Positions 22,951 to 35,900 of a DNA stretch of 64,000 bases are shown here, one piece after another. This DNA is from Anthoceros angustus (lineage: Eukaryota; Plantae; Anthocerotophyta): positions 612,076 through 676,075 of the forward strand of contig MU008189.1 in the NCBI GenBank assembly GCA_010909165.1. Reading direction: 5' to 3'. Made by a program: the position numbers and the translations under genes. Every line of letters begins with the position of its first letter. Position 1 is the stretch's first letter. The notes beneath the pieces were generated by a model. The model was given only the letters and a program-made list of their open reading frames with translations. It was not told the DNA's origin and ran no database searches.

Positions 22951-23760
22951 CACTGTTGTGTGCAAGCACAAACAAGCATACAGCAGTGTGCTTGCAGCAT
23001 TGCCTTCTAACTTTTCGCCACACTTTTTGAATCTCTGTCCCCCTACCAAACTGCTGGCTACAAACAAAGCCCCAAAGCCAGGCTCCCCAAACTTGCACAT
23101 GCATATCCCTGTACAGATGATGGACTTCCTGCCCAAGCCCTGCTGGGAGTATCCTCCTAGTAGCATGGCACTCCATGCCACCACATCCTTTTTCATCAAG
23201 TCCGTCAAACACTCTCCGAGCATCCTCCAATCTCACTTTTGGCAGACATGTCCACCAAGCAATTCCAACACACAACTTAGGCTCGACATCACTAGCCAAG
23301 ACATCAACATGCACCTTTTGCCCAGATTTTAAGCCTTCACACCTGACCTGCGAGTACGTGATACAATTGTATGGCCTGCTCATCTTGTCCGTGTTGGGCA
23401 TGCGCACAGATTATGCCCACTACGTAAAGGCATCTGGTTGACAACAGAGGTGAACATCCACGGCATCTCGCAACCTGGCACGGGAGGCACGCATTCGCAG
23501 GATGTAGTTGCGCAGAAGACGATGTCCAACTCATAACTCTGCTTCACGGTGACAGCATGAACCCTGCGACCCAGAGGCGAATCCCTCTGACCCGTGCACA
23601 CATTGTTGTAAACGAGTTCCCCCTGCTCACATTGATTGCTCACAGTTTCAGCAGTTAGGCTAATTCGTATCCTGCACGTCTGTACACGTTGCTTACACAG
23701 AGGACCTCCTGGAATTTCCCACGCCCAATCTCATTCAAACGCAAACTGGAGCTCGTCTAA
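22885..23760 (-). pseudogene. PLS-class pentatricopeptide repeat (PPR) gene remnant, copy 1
   Basis: LGRRVHAV..., LRDAVDVF..., CAHAQHGQDEQAIQLY, GQKVH, LEDARRVFDGL/MKKDVVAWSAML.GYSQQGLG. The frameshift at DGL/MKK is present in both copies. 5' end uncertain (may extend to ~24600). Confidence 0.75.
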
Positions 23761-25459
23761 CGTTCCCTCTCATTCCCCCGATATGTTCGATCCACAGAAG
23801 ATAGAGGTTGCTGGGCGAGTTCTGGATCATAGGATGGATGAACCTAGACGAAAATGTGGGTGAGCGCATTCTTGGTATCCCTATTGCCTCGAGTCAAGTC
23901 TGCTGCTCCAGAAATGGCAAACCACATCGCCCCTGGAGCCTGGTCCTGAATCCTGAACAGGTCCATCCATCATGTGACCCACCTGCCCAGCAACCGGCAC
24001 CGGCCGGGCTCTTTCAAGCAATTCACCTACTTAATGGTTACTTGATCTATTAATGGTTTCATCTCACATCCTCACAATTCGCACAACTGATCATCTTTGT
24101 GATTCACCCACTGTACTAACGGTTTCATCTCTCATCTTCACGATTCCCACAACTAGCATTCCTGGGGTCCCTTGCCAAGGCCAGAATTGGCCATCTGCCA
24201 ACACTCCCGACATACCTAAATTCTCGCCAAACGGCCACCTGCAACCCCAGTCCTCCGGATTCCTCAACCGGCCAGCTCAACCGAGACATCTGAGATGCTC
24301 ATCTTCATCGCCCCAGCACCGGTCCTTGCGGAACCAGGGCAGAATCCAGACTGTTCGCCAAGCAAACGGCCGCTCAACCAGTTGTGGAAGCTACGCGTGC
24401 GGCAAGGAGCTCACTTTAGCAAGCTCATCTTCCAGCGATGACACTGGCAGTGGGCGGAGCGAACCGCGATCTGCTGTGCAGGTCCTGGGCTTGCTGTGTG
24501 GCAGCCAATGAGGACGGCGGCTTCCGGCCGCGACCGCCACTTGGGGTGGTGCTGCCACGCCTTGTGGCGCTCACGATTTCGTTTCCTTCGGGACATTTGG
24601 GAAGGCACGGTGCAATCACAGGGCGCCAGCAGATGCAGCTGCCCGCCTCGTTAGCTGACCGGGACGCATAACGCAGTCACAACACGCAACCGGCCTGCCT
24701 TTCCGCTTCGCCGACGAGGCGCCACCTCACGCTCCACGCCGGACAGTGGACTCGTACAACTGGTGGGCTGGATCCGGCGCCGCGAGGCGTCTGCCTGCTC
24801 GGTGCTCGGTGCCACCGCAGTCGGGGGATCGCTCCTTGTCTACCTATTATTTGTCCTCTTTAAGATTGATTCAACCTTTTCCTTTACATGGCCTCCTGTT
24901 CGTTTGTATGCGCATATTTAGCTTCTCATTGTACGTACACATATTTGGTTTCTCATTGTTGAGCCCATCATTCAATACTGAATGTAAATTAATCAGGATA
25001 ATATAGTTAATTTCATAGTAATAATAATAATAATAAATTTATGTTCTAATTATTGAACAGATAAGGTTGATTCTAGTTTCTAGCAAGATAGCTATCAACT
25101 CATTAACTCAAAGGCACATAAACAATATGAGTTCATCTTTATATGAATGTACAATATTTTATATTCCCCCTTACTCCTCTTTTGGTATAAGAGGCATTTT
25201 AATTTTGGAGCTCATTCACTACCAAGCCAATTCACATGATACGGTTTCACATTTAATAACTATACTTGCAAGATCACTCATCATTTTCCTACTCAATATG
25301 ACGTGACTAAGTATTTACTACTAATTATTATGCTTAACTACTAATTATATGAATTATTTTTTATCACTAATTACTCTATGTAATCGATTTTTACTGTACT
25401 AACCTTTACTCAAAACAGAACATAAGGTTTGCGTGTTTGTGGCGGGAGTTGGAAGGAGT

Positions 25460-25860
25460 GTTATGTAGTCCACAAGCCCCATGGCTTCTACATGTAGGTA
25501 ATGCTTAGAAGTAGGTAGGCTCTTTGTAAGACCATCAGCAGTATTTGTGTCTATTGGCACATACTAAATTTTAACATTCTTCCGCTCCAAAGAATGTTGC
25601 ATATAGTGATGATGGGTCTCGATATGTTTTATGGGAGCGTGGAATGGAGATTTTCTATTAGGGCAATAGTTGACGTATTATCGCATTAGATTGTTCAACA
25701 TACCAAGGAGGCCAACTACTGTGTCATGTATCAGTGATTGCTTCACCTTGCCGGCACAATGGTCTCCAAGAAAATTAGTAGAAGAGCAAGCACTTAAACT
25801 TCTAGGAGCATTATTCCTCTTCAATTTTTGAATGATATATTCTAGAAGTAACCACTCAAT
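25460..25860 (-). mobile_element. Highly decayed copia RNase H end; copy 2 at ~44350-44740
   Basis: Minus-strand translation across frames: CDNTSTIALIEN...KHIETHHHY...YVPIDTNTADGLTKSL. Confidence 0.7.
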
Positions 25861-25880
25861 CTACTCCAAACTTCTCCACA

Positions 25881-27820
25881 ATGATTTGTCCTTGAGTAAT
25901 GAAAGCTGTCGGATGTAGATCGAACACAAGTATAAGAGCAAGATTCTCGCCAATGCGAGCCTAGTGAGAGCCAAATGAGTATCGAAGAAAGAGGGCTGGC
26001 CGCCGGGGTTTTGACCAAATGGTGAGTATTTCAAAGGAGGCTCAAGGAGGACATGTCTATACCCACCCCACAAATGGGCGAGGGCGAACTATGCCAAGCT
26101 TCGCCAGAGATTTTGAATTTAAGATCCGACTTGCTCCATGTGCCACCCATGGATAGATTAAGTTGAAAGCGATCTGGACTTGACAAGAAGAAATGTAAGC
26201 TCAAGAGTTTGATCAAGAACGGTTGAGGAGGCCTCACCATCCTTTACCTTGTCCAATTCTCCCCAAGGGCCTAATGTCTTGCAGATCTAAGTCGGCTTAT
26301 CTCCGACAGGAGGCCAGCCAGGGTCGGTATGCGGATTCTCTCTGGATCAAGGGGTTTGAAAAGAGAATTGATATGAGTGTTATGCGGTGGCAGAGTGTGC
26401 TACAAGGCGAAAGTGCTTGCCTACACAAGTATTGAAGCCCTCTCCAAACCCGTGTGTATTGCACCTCTTTTGGAGTATAAGTGCAGACGTCGGTGCCTCA
26501 CGGGAGCATAAGTCGCTAGTCATCCGCCACTTGGTACAAAGGTGTGCCCGCTAAGTGACGGTGGGCACATTAGGTCTTCTTTGGGCTCGGATGCATGTAT
26601 GCTGGGTTCGCAAATCATCGAAAACAAAGGAAATGAGACATGCATTGGGTTGAAGCAAATGGGGTTGGAGACAAACCCCTATGCGCCGAAAACACTGCTT
26701 ACCTCGAGTTGAATGGAGCCGTCATTGGAGGAAGAGGCCTCACGTGGCTCGGTCAAGACATCATATCGCCGCAACTCAAGGCCGAGCCTCTTCGTGATAA
26801 AAGGAAGAGGAAGGGGAAGAGGGCGGTACCAACTGGCAAAGCACCTCATATGGCAATAATAGACCCTCTTCATCATCTGCAGCACCCAGGAGAAAAGGCA
26901 CTTGTCATTGGTGTCAACTGGAAGGACATTATGAAAGGGAATGTTGAAAGAAAAAGGCTAGGGCGCCTAGAAGAGGTCCCCCACCCACTTCAAATGTGGC
27001 ATACAAGGCACCAGGGCTAGCGCTATTAGCTGTCTACTTGACCTCTAGAAATAACATGCATATGAGTGGTTAGGGTATAGTCCACCTTACGTGTGCTGGA
27101 GGTGAAGTCTTGCAACTTGACTATGTGTTTACGTGTACCACAAATGGCTAAAATCTTGTTTCAAGTAGATGACTCACTATGTCACAAAGATACAATGTAA
27201 ACTTCAGCAGTCAGACCTGTGCTATTCAAGATGTTAGCAACTCCACAAAAAAAAAATTGTATGAAGGAAGGCTGTTTCATGACCTTGATCGTCTTGAATT
27301 GGAGTCCTCCCCAATCTCTAACCTTGCACGATTCAACAAAGCACAGTTATCAACCTTGTGGCGCTACAGATTAGCTCATATCAACTCACGTAAATTCCTC
27401 AAACTAAGTTCTAGCAATCTTTATGAAGACACATTACCTACCTTAGCTGACGTTTCTTTCTTTGAGAGCTATGTGTATTCCAAGAGTCGAGTTTTACCTT
27501 TTCCAGCTAGACCTGCAATACGAGCTACACATCCGTTGGAACTGGTCCACACGGATTTGAGTGGCCCTATGTCAGGCCCTTTATTTAACCACTCATTGTT
27601 TTTCATGCGGATCGTGGATGATGCCACGAGGATAACTTATACCTATTTTCTGCGACACAAGTCAGAGGTAGTTGACAAATTTGAGGAGTACATAGACATG
27701 ACCGAATGGCAACTAGGCATCAAGCTAAAGACGTAAAGATGATGGGGAGGAATTTATTGTGCCATTTTACTCGCGCCTTTGTATCCAAAGGCATCCTTAT
27801 GCAGGGAGGTACCATACTCG
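25881..27820 (+). mobile_element. Ty1/copia gag-PR-integrase fragment, copy 2
   Basis: ORF 27179-27736: LWRYRLAHINSRK...HPLELVHTDLSGPM...IVDDATRITYTYFLRHKSEV. Confidence 0.9.
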
Positions 27821-27824
27821 AGCC

Positions 27825-29971
27825 CTCCTTCAATAAGGTGTCTCCGGATAGGGGTTATTTTCCATTTAAGGGGTTTGGGTCCCTAAGACCAAAAATGACC
27901 CCAAAGCAGACAAAATGCATCATCGTTAGCAAAAGAACTCTTTAGACATATGTACTTGAAAGACATTACCATGGTTTTTTTCAAACACTTACGTGAAGTG
28001 GTTTAAGGCAAGAAGGTTCATGGATTTCATCTTCACAAGGAAGGATTTCATGGATTTTAATAGGTGCTAGGAATCCTAAACACCTCTTTTCATAGCGATA
28101 GTACTTCTAAATTGGGTGAACAGCGAGCAAACCAAACCAAACATTTCAAGCCAAGAGGACGTAAAAGAAGCAATTTAAGCGAAAGAAGTAAGCATGGCAA
28201 GGCGCAGTGAGAGAACATTAATCAATAGTCGATCATGGCCATCTCGAGAGGAACAAACTATGACTCTAGCAATAAGCTGGACGTCCGTGCCTTTGTGAGT
28301 ACACAAACCGTGGGATCTCCATTGTTAGAGTGAAAAACAGAGGAAGGAATTGGAACAATGCCCCGGACGTTTGGCACATTGGTGCGAGTCTGCTAAAACC
28401 TGCGCCGGACGTCCGACGCCTTTCCTGGAGACCCCAATCTTGCGGGCGTCCAGCGCGATGGAAGTGGTGGAGTAGATGCGCAAAACGTCCAGCGCAAATG
28501 TATATATATTGTTTGTATCTACCCAAACAATGTCCGTTTAGTAAGGGTGTAGATAAGCACAATGGCTTAAAGACTCCAAGGTTAAGAACCCTTGGGCGGA
28601 TGCCTTGGATGGGGTGCTTATTTTTGGTGCCTTGAGAACTCCAGGGTTTAGCTCTCTTACGTTGGATTAGTACTAGGATGGTTTGCTTGTTTTTGTTGCT
28701 TTGAAAACTTTGTAAAAACTCCAATGTGAAGCAACCTAGAGGCGGATTAGTACCGGGATGGAGTGTTGATTTTTAATGGGTTTGAAAAATTTGTAAATCA
28801 TCCCGGTATCTAGGCATAAAGTCATGAATATTATTTTTGAAAATCATTTGTTGTTTGATGTTATGTTCCCACATTCGATTTGTATACAAAACAGCGTCTC
28901 TCAGCATAGGGGTTATTCTCCATTAAAGGGGTTTGGGTGCCTAAAGACCAAAAAATGACCCCTGAAAACGGGCCAAAATGCTTCATCTTTAGCAACACCA
29001 CTCTTTAGACATGTACTGAAAGACATTGACCATGTTATTTTCTCGTGAATACTTACGCTACGAGGTTGAAGCGAAGAAGGTTCGATTTCACCTTCACAAG
29101 GAAGGGATTTCAAGGATTTTAATGCTAGGAATCCTAAACACCTCTTTCATGATAGTACTTCCTAGCGGGGTGAGCAGTAGGCAAACCAAACAAAATTAGT
29201 CCGACAAGCCAAATACGGACGTCCGGCGCAACCAACATAAAAGTAGCAATTCGCAAGCGAAAACAAGCTATGGACGTCCGGCAATTGTGAAGAACATTAA
29301 CCGATAGCTGATCATGGCCATCTCGAGAGGACCAAACTACGACTCTAGAAAGTAGGGCGTCGGTGCACTGTGAGTACACAACCCTGGGATCTCCATTGTT
29401 AGAGTGAAAAACATAGAAGGAATTGGAACAATGCGCGGACGTTCGGCACATTGGCGAGTCTGCTAAAGACTGCGCCGGACGTCCGGCGCATTTTCTGGAG
29501 ACCCCAATCTTGCGGGCGTCCGGTGAGATGGAAATGGTGGAGTGGATCGCCGGACGTCCGCAAATGTATATATATTGTTTGTATTCTCTTGAAACATCGC
29601 TCGGGTAGGTGGATAGACTCAATGGCATAAGAACTCCAAGGTTAAGCACCCGTCGGATCGAGTACCAGGATGGGGTGCTTGACTTTGGTGCTTTGAACTT
29701 CAGTTAAGCACTCTTGGGTCGATTAGTACTAGGATGGCTTGCTTGTTTTTGGCGCTTTGAAAACTTTGTAACAACTCCTCTGTTAAGCAACCTAGAGGCG
29801 TATCAATACTAGGATGGAGTGTTGATTTTTAGTGGTTTGAAAAATTTGTAAATCATCCCGGTATCTAGACGTAAAGTCATGAATATTAATTTTGAAAATC
29901 ATTTGTTGGTTGATGTTATATTCCCACATTCGCTTTGTATACAACATGTAAAACCTTTTTGGCCTTACTCT
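27825..29971. repeat. 'D' 1.08-kb tandem repeat, copy 2
   Basis: Colinear with 8905-11085. Confidence 0.8.
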
Positions 29972-29975
29972 ATAT

Positions 29976-32900
29976 GGGTGCAAGCACGGTTAGGTAGACC
30001 ACATTATGTGGACGGAAGCGTGGAAATATGTCCACATGTGGACATATTTACCTTCAAAAACTCTCCTCGCTAGAATAATGATCAAGTGATTCAAGTTTTT
30101 TCCCAAAACTAAGAGCATGGCAACAAGTCCACATAAAATGCCGGATCTTAAGGATATGATTTTGCATTTGGTATTTAATTACTTGATCATGGATGGACAA
30201 GTGAGCTTTGGATACAAAAAGTGAGCACAAGACACACAACCCAAGCTCATTTGAATTTCAAACGCAAACCGTCAAGTGAACACAGAACACTAAAAGTGAG
30301 TCTTTGTCACACTGAAGTTGGAACTTGTTCAAATTTCAAAGTTTGGAATAAGCGGGAATTTCAAAGTTGTACCCTGGCGCGAATTTCAAGAGCAGTCGTC
30401 AAGTGAACATGGAACAAAAGTGAAGCATGGTCACAAACAATAAACTTGTTTGTATTTCAAAGTTTTGTCTAAGCGGATTTTCAAAAGATGGTAAGTACCC
30501 ATGTTGGTGCGCACTTGTCGAGAGAGCATAACACGCCATCTTCACGCTGCGAGACCTTTCACCCGCTTTGCTGCGCTTGAGGCGCTCGGTGCGTGTGTGA
30601 ACCATGTGCCCCGATCTTGAGCTGCGAGAGGGAGGAGGCGGGAAGGGAGCCCGTCCGAGCGAGCAAGGAATTGAATGGCTCCAGCGCCTCCCTCTCGGGT
30701 GCACTTAGGAAAGCAAAACGCACTGGGCGCCGGTGGAGGGAAAAGCAAATTCGAGTTGCATCTTTGCGTGTGGAAGATGGAGCATCTTTGTGCGTGGCGG
30801 ATGTTAGGCAAGAGGCGGAGGCAGTCCTTCGCATGGAGGAGGATTGTCACGGTGATAATCATACGGCGGAGGGTGGGTGTGAGGCGCTTCTCCGGATCCA
30901 AGAACCCTCAATGAGTGAGGAGGGAACTAGTCTCGAGGGCAACAACACCAGTCCTCTTTCATCCACAGGCGGTCAAGGCGATTCCTGCAGCAAAGGGGCG
31001 GATCTCACCAGTCGTGATGGGGCGCTGTGATGCACAATGTGGGCGTATTGCTCGAGAACTTGGCCACGTTTTCGGTTGTAGAACTGCCCACTTCAATTCG
31101 ATAGCTAAGGTGTTAGATGCTTTTCCGGGCTTCGTGGCCTCAAGGAATTCTTCCCGTTCGTGGGCTGAAAAGCCACATCCTCGCTCCAAACATCGGCGGC
31201 CATGAAAAGCTGCGGAGTGTACAAGCGTCGATCACTTGAAGGCAAGACAAACCTTTATGAATATTGTGCTAACTAACGTGAGGCAAGCAACTGGGCGCCT
31301 TGGGCCGAGTCCTTGGGGTCAGCGTGAGTTGTGGCATCTTCAAACCAGCGATTTGCAAAGTGCACCGGAGGAGGCGGGTGTGGGTGGACGGAAGGCTCGT
31401 TCGATTGTTTGCCCCAAGGGGTTAAGGAATGTTTTGCAATTTTGGGAGTCGGCGTCAAGGCCTTCCTCCAACTCCAAGGATGCGAGGCGTGGTGGCTCCT
31501 CTTGTCTTCCGCACATCATCCATTTCCTAGATACCTCTCGGGTGATTCAGTTCACGCAATTTTCTCTTTCTTTGCTTCCATGGCGGTGCCGCCATTGGTG
31601 GTGGCGTCTCCTTGCGTGCAAGCTAGTCTATCTTGCAATTGAACACCGCCACTAACCCTTTAACTTGTTTCAAGCCCGTCGGGATCATCACTATATGTGA
31701 CAGCAGCAGCTGCTACCTCTCTGTTCGAGTTTCCTCCTGTGGCTGCTCTCGCTTGACACTTCTTGTCTCTTTGCGCCATGCTTGCCACAGCTCTTGTTTA
31801 GTTGCTCTTGCTCACGGTCATTTGCCGGGCTCGATCATTGCTCGCTCCATGGTCATTTGCCACAGCTGTTGCTCATTTCTCGGCTCCGGTCATTGTGCCG
31901 CTCGCTCATTTGCTCGCTCCTTGTCATTTGCTCGCTCCTTGTCATTTGCTCGCTCCGGTCATTTGCAGCTATTGCTCATTTGCTCGCTCCTTCTCATTCG
32001 CCTGGCTCTGGTCGGGTTCACAGCTCCTGCTCATTTGCCTGCTCCTCATTTGGCACGGCTCCGCTCCTTTGCCATGGCTCGATCATTTGCTCTGCGTGCA
32101 ATGTTCATTTCTTTAGCTCAGTTCACTCGAGGATATACAAGGCTCACACCTTTGTGTGGGGCACTTCATGTGGCTCTGTGTCCTTTTTGCGAGACCGCTC
32201 CACTCTATCTACTTTGTTTGGTCACATCTTGGTGTCCCAGCTTTTAGAGGAGATGTTACGAGCATACATTGTCGTGAGTGATGTGCGACGGAGTTTTTGC
32301 GCTTTCAAAGGAGAATCCGGATATCAAGATTGGCCGAGCATTCGACTGAAGCCCTTCTTCATCAAATCCTGCAAGAGAAATATACATTGTTGCGGTACCA
32401 TGTCGAGATGGCATTTTGAAAGACGCTCGAATGCTCTGCGATGCCACATCAAAGGTGCACCTCGTGTGCACGTGTACCTGTGGGGTGTGTGGAGAGGAAC
32501 CCGAGGAGGGGGACAAGTGCCACGCGCATCGGAGATGTTTTTCATCCGTCCGAGAGATGGTGCACTCTGTTTTATGCCCTAGAGCACCAGATGAGGACTG
32601 GCATAGGCGAAAATGTTTGCTTGGTAAATGCACGCCTGTGGAGTTTCCAAGCTGGCCCTCTTTCCTAAGGAGGTTTCACAAGAATTTTTCCCGGAGATGA
32701 AGCTGAAGTGGCGGTGCTTCGAATATCAGAAGGTGGGAGTGAATGAGGACGGAACCTGCAAGTCCAGAATAAAGCTAGTTCTGGAAACCCATCCGTGGCG
32801 ATGATTGAATTTCTTAAGGATAAATTGACGCTTTCATTTCACATGACTACGTCCAAAGATGGCAAGCCCTGGAGTTTCGGAAGTGCATTGATTGGTTTCG

Positions 32901-35900
32901 AGGATGTGATAGTTTCATTATGGACTTTTCGCGAACTATGCTTTTCAAGTTCGGAATGAGATACAATCAATGCCGCATAGTGATCAAGTTACTATTCTAG
33001 TTCATGTTACATATATGCGGATGGGGCGGTGGTGGAGGACCCGTAATGTTCAAGTTTTACCACTTTTACATTAGTGATGACATGCGACATGACACTCTCT
33101 TTGTCCGGCATGCCCTTATGCTACATTGGGGATGCTCTTGTCAAATGGATACAAGAGTCCACGAGCATTGGATGTGGTCGGATGGTGCGACAGCAATTTA
33201 AGGCTTGCGAGAAGCATTTTGTGGCGTACCCAAGTCTAACCGGAGGATGAGAATGTGGAGCTATTTTGGGTCGCCACGGAAAGGGGAGCACGACGGCGGG
33301 TGCCATATTAAAGAGGGCACTACGTCAAGAGCACCTTCATCGGCGAGGCTGCAGCCGCGGATGTTGTCGACTTCCTGCGGTCCAAGATATATCCAATGGG
33401 GCGCATCCTCCTATGCAAGTGGAGAAAGGCAAAGGGTTTTTGGTTGGTGGGAAAGAATGAAGTCAACCGCAGGCAGCGGTGGGGGTGTGCACCAATCCCG
33501 GGTTCTACATTCACAGCATATATGGTGACTCAGTGGATGCAACCAACCCTCGGCTCAAGATGCGGCATCTTGCGTGTTTTTGTGCTGTACATGTGTGCAT
33601 GGACAGTGACCATGGAGCATGTGAGACAGTGCCCTATACAGGCATATGGCATTCGATTACTGAGGCGGACGGTAGAGACGTTGGTGAATTGACCCGGTGA
33701 CCGCACCATTGCTACATGCGGTTGGTCCAGATGGGCCACGATCCTGCTGCTAATGGTGTTGCTAGTGAAGATGTCTGAAATTGCACCTCTTGGAGCTTGG
33801 AGACAACTTTGTGGTGCGTGCATCCGGGACGAAGGTTCAACTTTTATTTGGCAAAGTGCTGTTGCGGTGCATGTGACCACGGAGCATTACATCCCGGCGG
33901 ACAAAATTTCCTCAGGGATAAGGTGGTTGTGGGCGATACTACTCGGGTTGAGCCGGATGGTTGTGTGTACACTTTTGGATCATGAGGTCGGAGGTCACCC
34001 CTTCTTTCATCCTACGTGGAGACCAAGTTCCCACTTTTGGAGCAGCGTGGAAGGAGGCCGATTAGTGTATGTGCTTGACTCGGACACGGTCGAGTCCTTT
34101 AAGGAGCTTGTGAGGAGAGCGAACCCATTTGTGTTTTCGTAGTCGACTCTAAGGCCTCAATTGTACATATGCCGAACGAAATTGAAATGACCTTGACGAA
34201 CTTGTAAATACCATGTGGTTGCTCAAGATGTGGCCATATTCACAGTGATGACCCGCTCCACTCCGCTTGGGATCCGGAGCACTTTTGACTTGCGACCTTG
34301 CGGGTGACAATGCCTTAAGCGCCTTTTAAAACCCCATCTCGTGGAAGACCTTGGAAGAGCCAAAGATTGATGCAAGTGAGCCATGGCCACGACGTCGGTG
34401 CGGGTGTCGGCATGTGGCGGCCGTGTCGCGATGGCGGTAGCGGGTGTTGCTGCGATGGCGGTGTTGTGCGATGGCGGGTGTCGGTGCGATGGCGGCGCGG
34501 TGTTGCGATGGCGGATGCGAGATGGTAGGCGGAGACCATTCATGGCTCGGGCAGCCCTCGGGCAAGTGTCCGGAAGACTTGCGTAGTCATTTGGTGGTGA
34601 TGCGGCAACCCGGATCCGGTATGGCGATGCGGAAAGGGTCGCCACGGCCCGGGCGTCGGTGATCACGTCGTCGGTGGCCCACCGGAGGATGAGGCGAGGA
34701 TACACAATCGGTGAAGTCAAGCTAGTCTCTAAGAAGGGACCAAGAAAAGGGCCATCTAGTGTTTGGGAGAAGTTCGTTATTCCACGCCCATGTTTGTTCT
34801 TGCGTGTTTAGGCGTGGTGTGTGTTGGAAGGAAGGCTCTCCTGTGTACATGCGGAGGCGCTATTGTTTCTCAATTGAAGCACTTCAAAATTGTCCAAAGA
34901 TTCTATCAAGTATGTCAAATGTCTTTTCTAGTCTCTCCATTGTCCGGTTGTCTAGCCACCTCTGATTCAGCGTTTGACATGTGCCTCTAGGGCTTCCTCT
35001 AGCGTGGCCAACCAGGGCTTACCCAATACTTGGGCTTGTCCTTCTTGTTGTGGGGATCCACTGTCTGCTCCGGCATCTCGACACTTTGCGGCCGCGACGC
35101 ACCGTGGAGACAGTTGCCCAAGCTTCCCTTGTTCGGCCCGGGCCCTACTTCCACATAATAATTACCTTCAACCTCGGGCGCCTTTGCGAATTGGGCGACC
35201 CTTCCAAAACTTGTCTTCATGCTGCCTCGAGCGAACCCTCGACACACGAGGAGGTAGAATTTAACGTTCTCTGCACGGCTCCGCACGTACCATATAGTTG
35301 TCTCGTGCTCCAACTCTCGCCTCCAGACAAGTGACTAGTCTTGGTCTTGATGAATGCTTGGTTTGGTCGTCTTTGGAGCCTTCCGCCTTGCCTCTACTCC
35401 CAGGCGGGTCCCCATCCTCGGCGGCCTCACTATTACCATCTTGCACCAAACGCCCACCCCACTCACATTTCCAGCCTCTCAGTTCGGACACCTCCACCCC
35501 ACCGCTCCACACATGTGTCCTTGTCCACTTCAGTCCATCATCCTTCGCCTCATGAGATGTGTCCTCATTCTCCACCTCGTGTGTCCCTATCCACCTCAAG
35601 TGGGGCCTTCTCAACCTCAAGTGTGTCATTCTCCACCTCATGTGTGGCCTGTGTGTGCATCTCTGTGGCCTTCTCTACTGCCCCTCCTCTCATGTCCACC
35701 TCAAGCGTGTCCTTGTCCACCTCTAGTGTGGCCTTCTCAACTGAGCTATGTCATTCTCCACCTCATGTGTGGCACTTTTTACGGTGTGGCCTTCACCTCG
35801 TAGCTCCTGTCCACCTCATGTGTCCTTGTCCACCTCAAATGTGGCATTCTCCACTATAAGTGTGGCCTTTTCCGCTCGGATGTGGCCTTCTTCACCTCAT

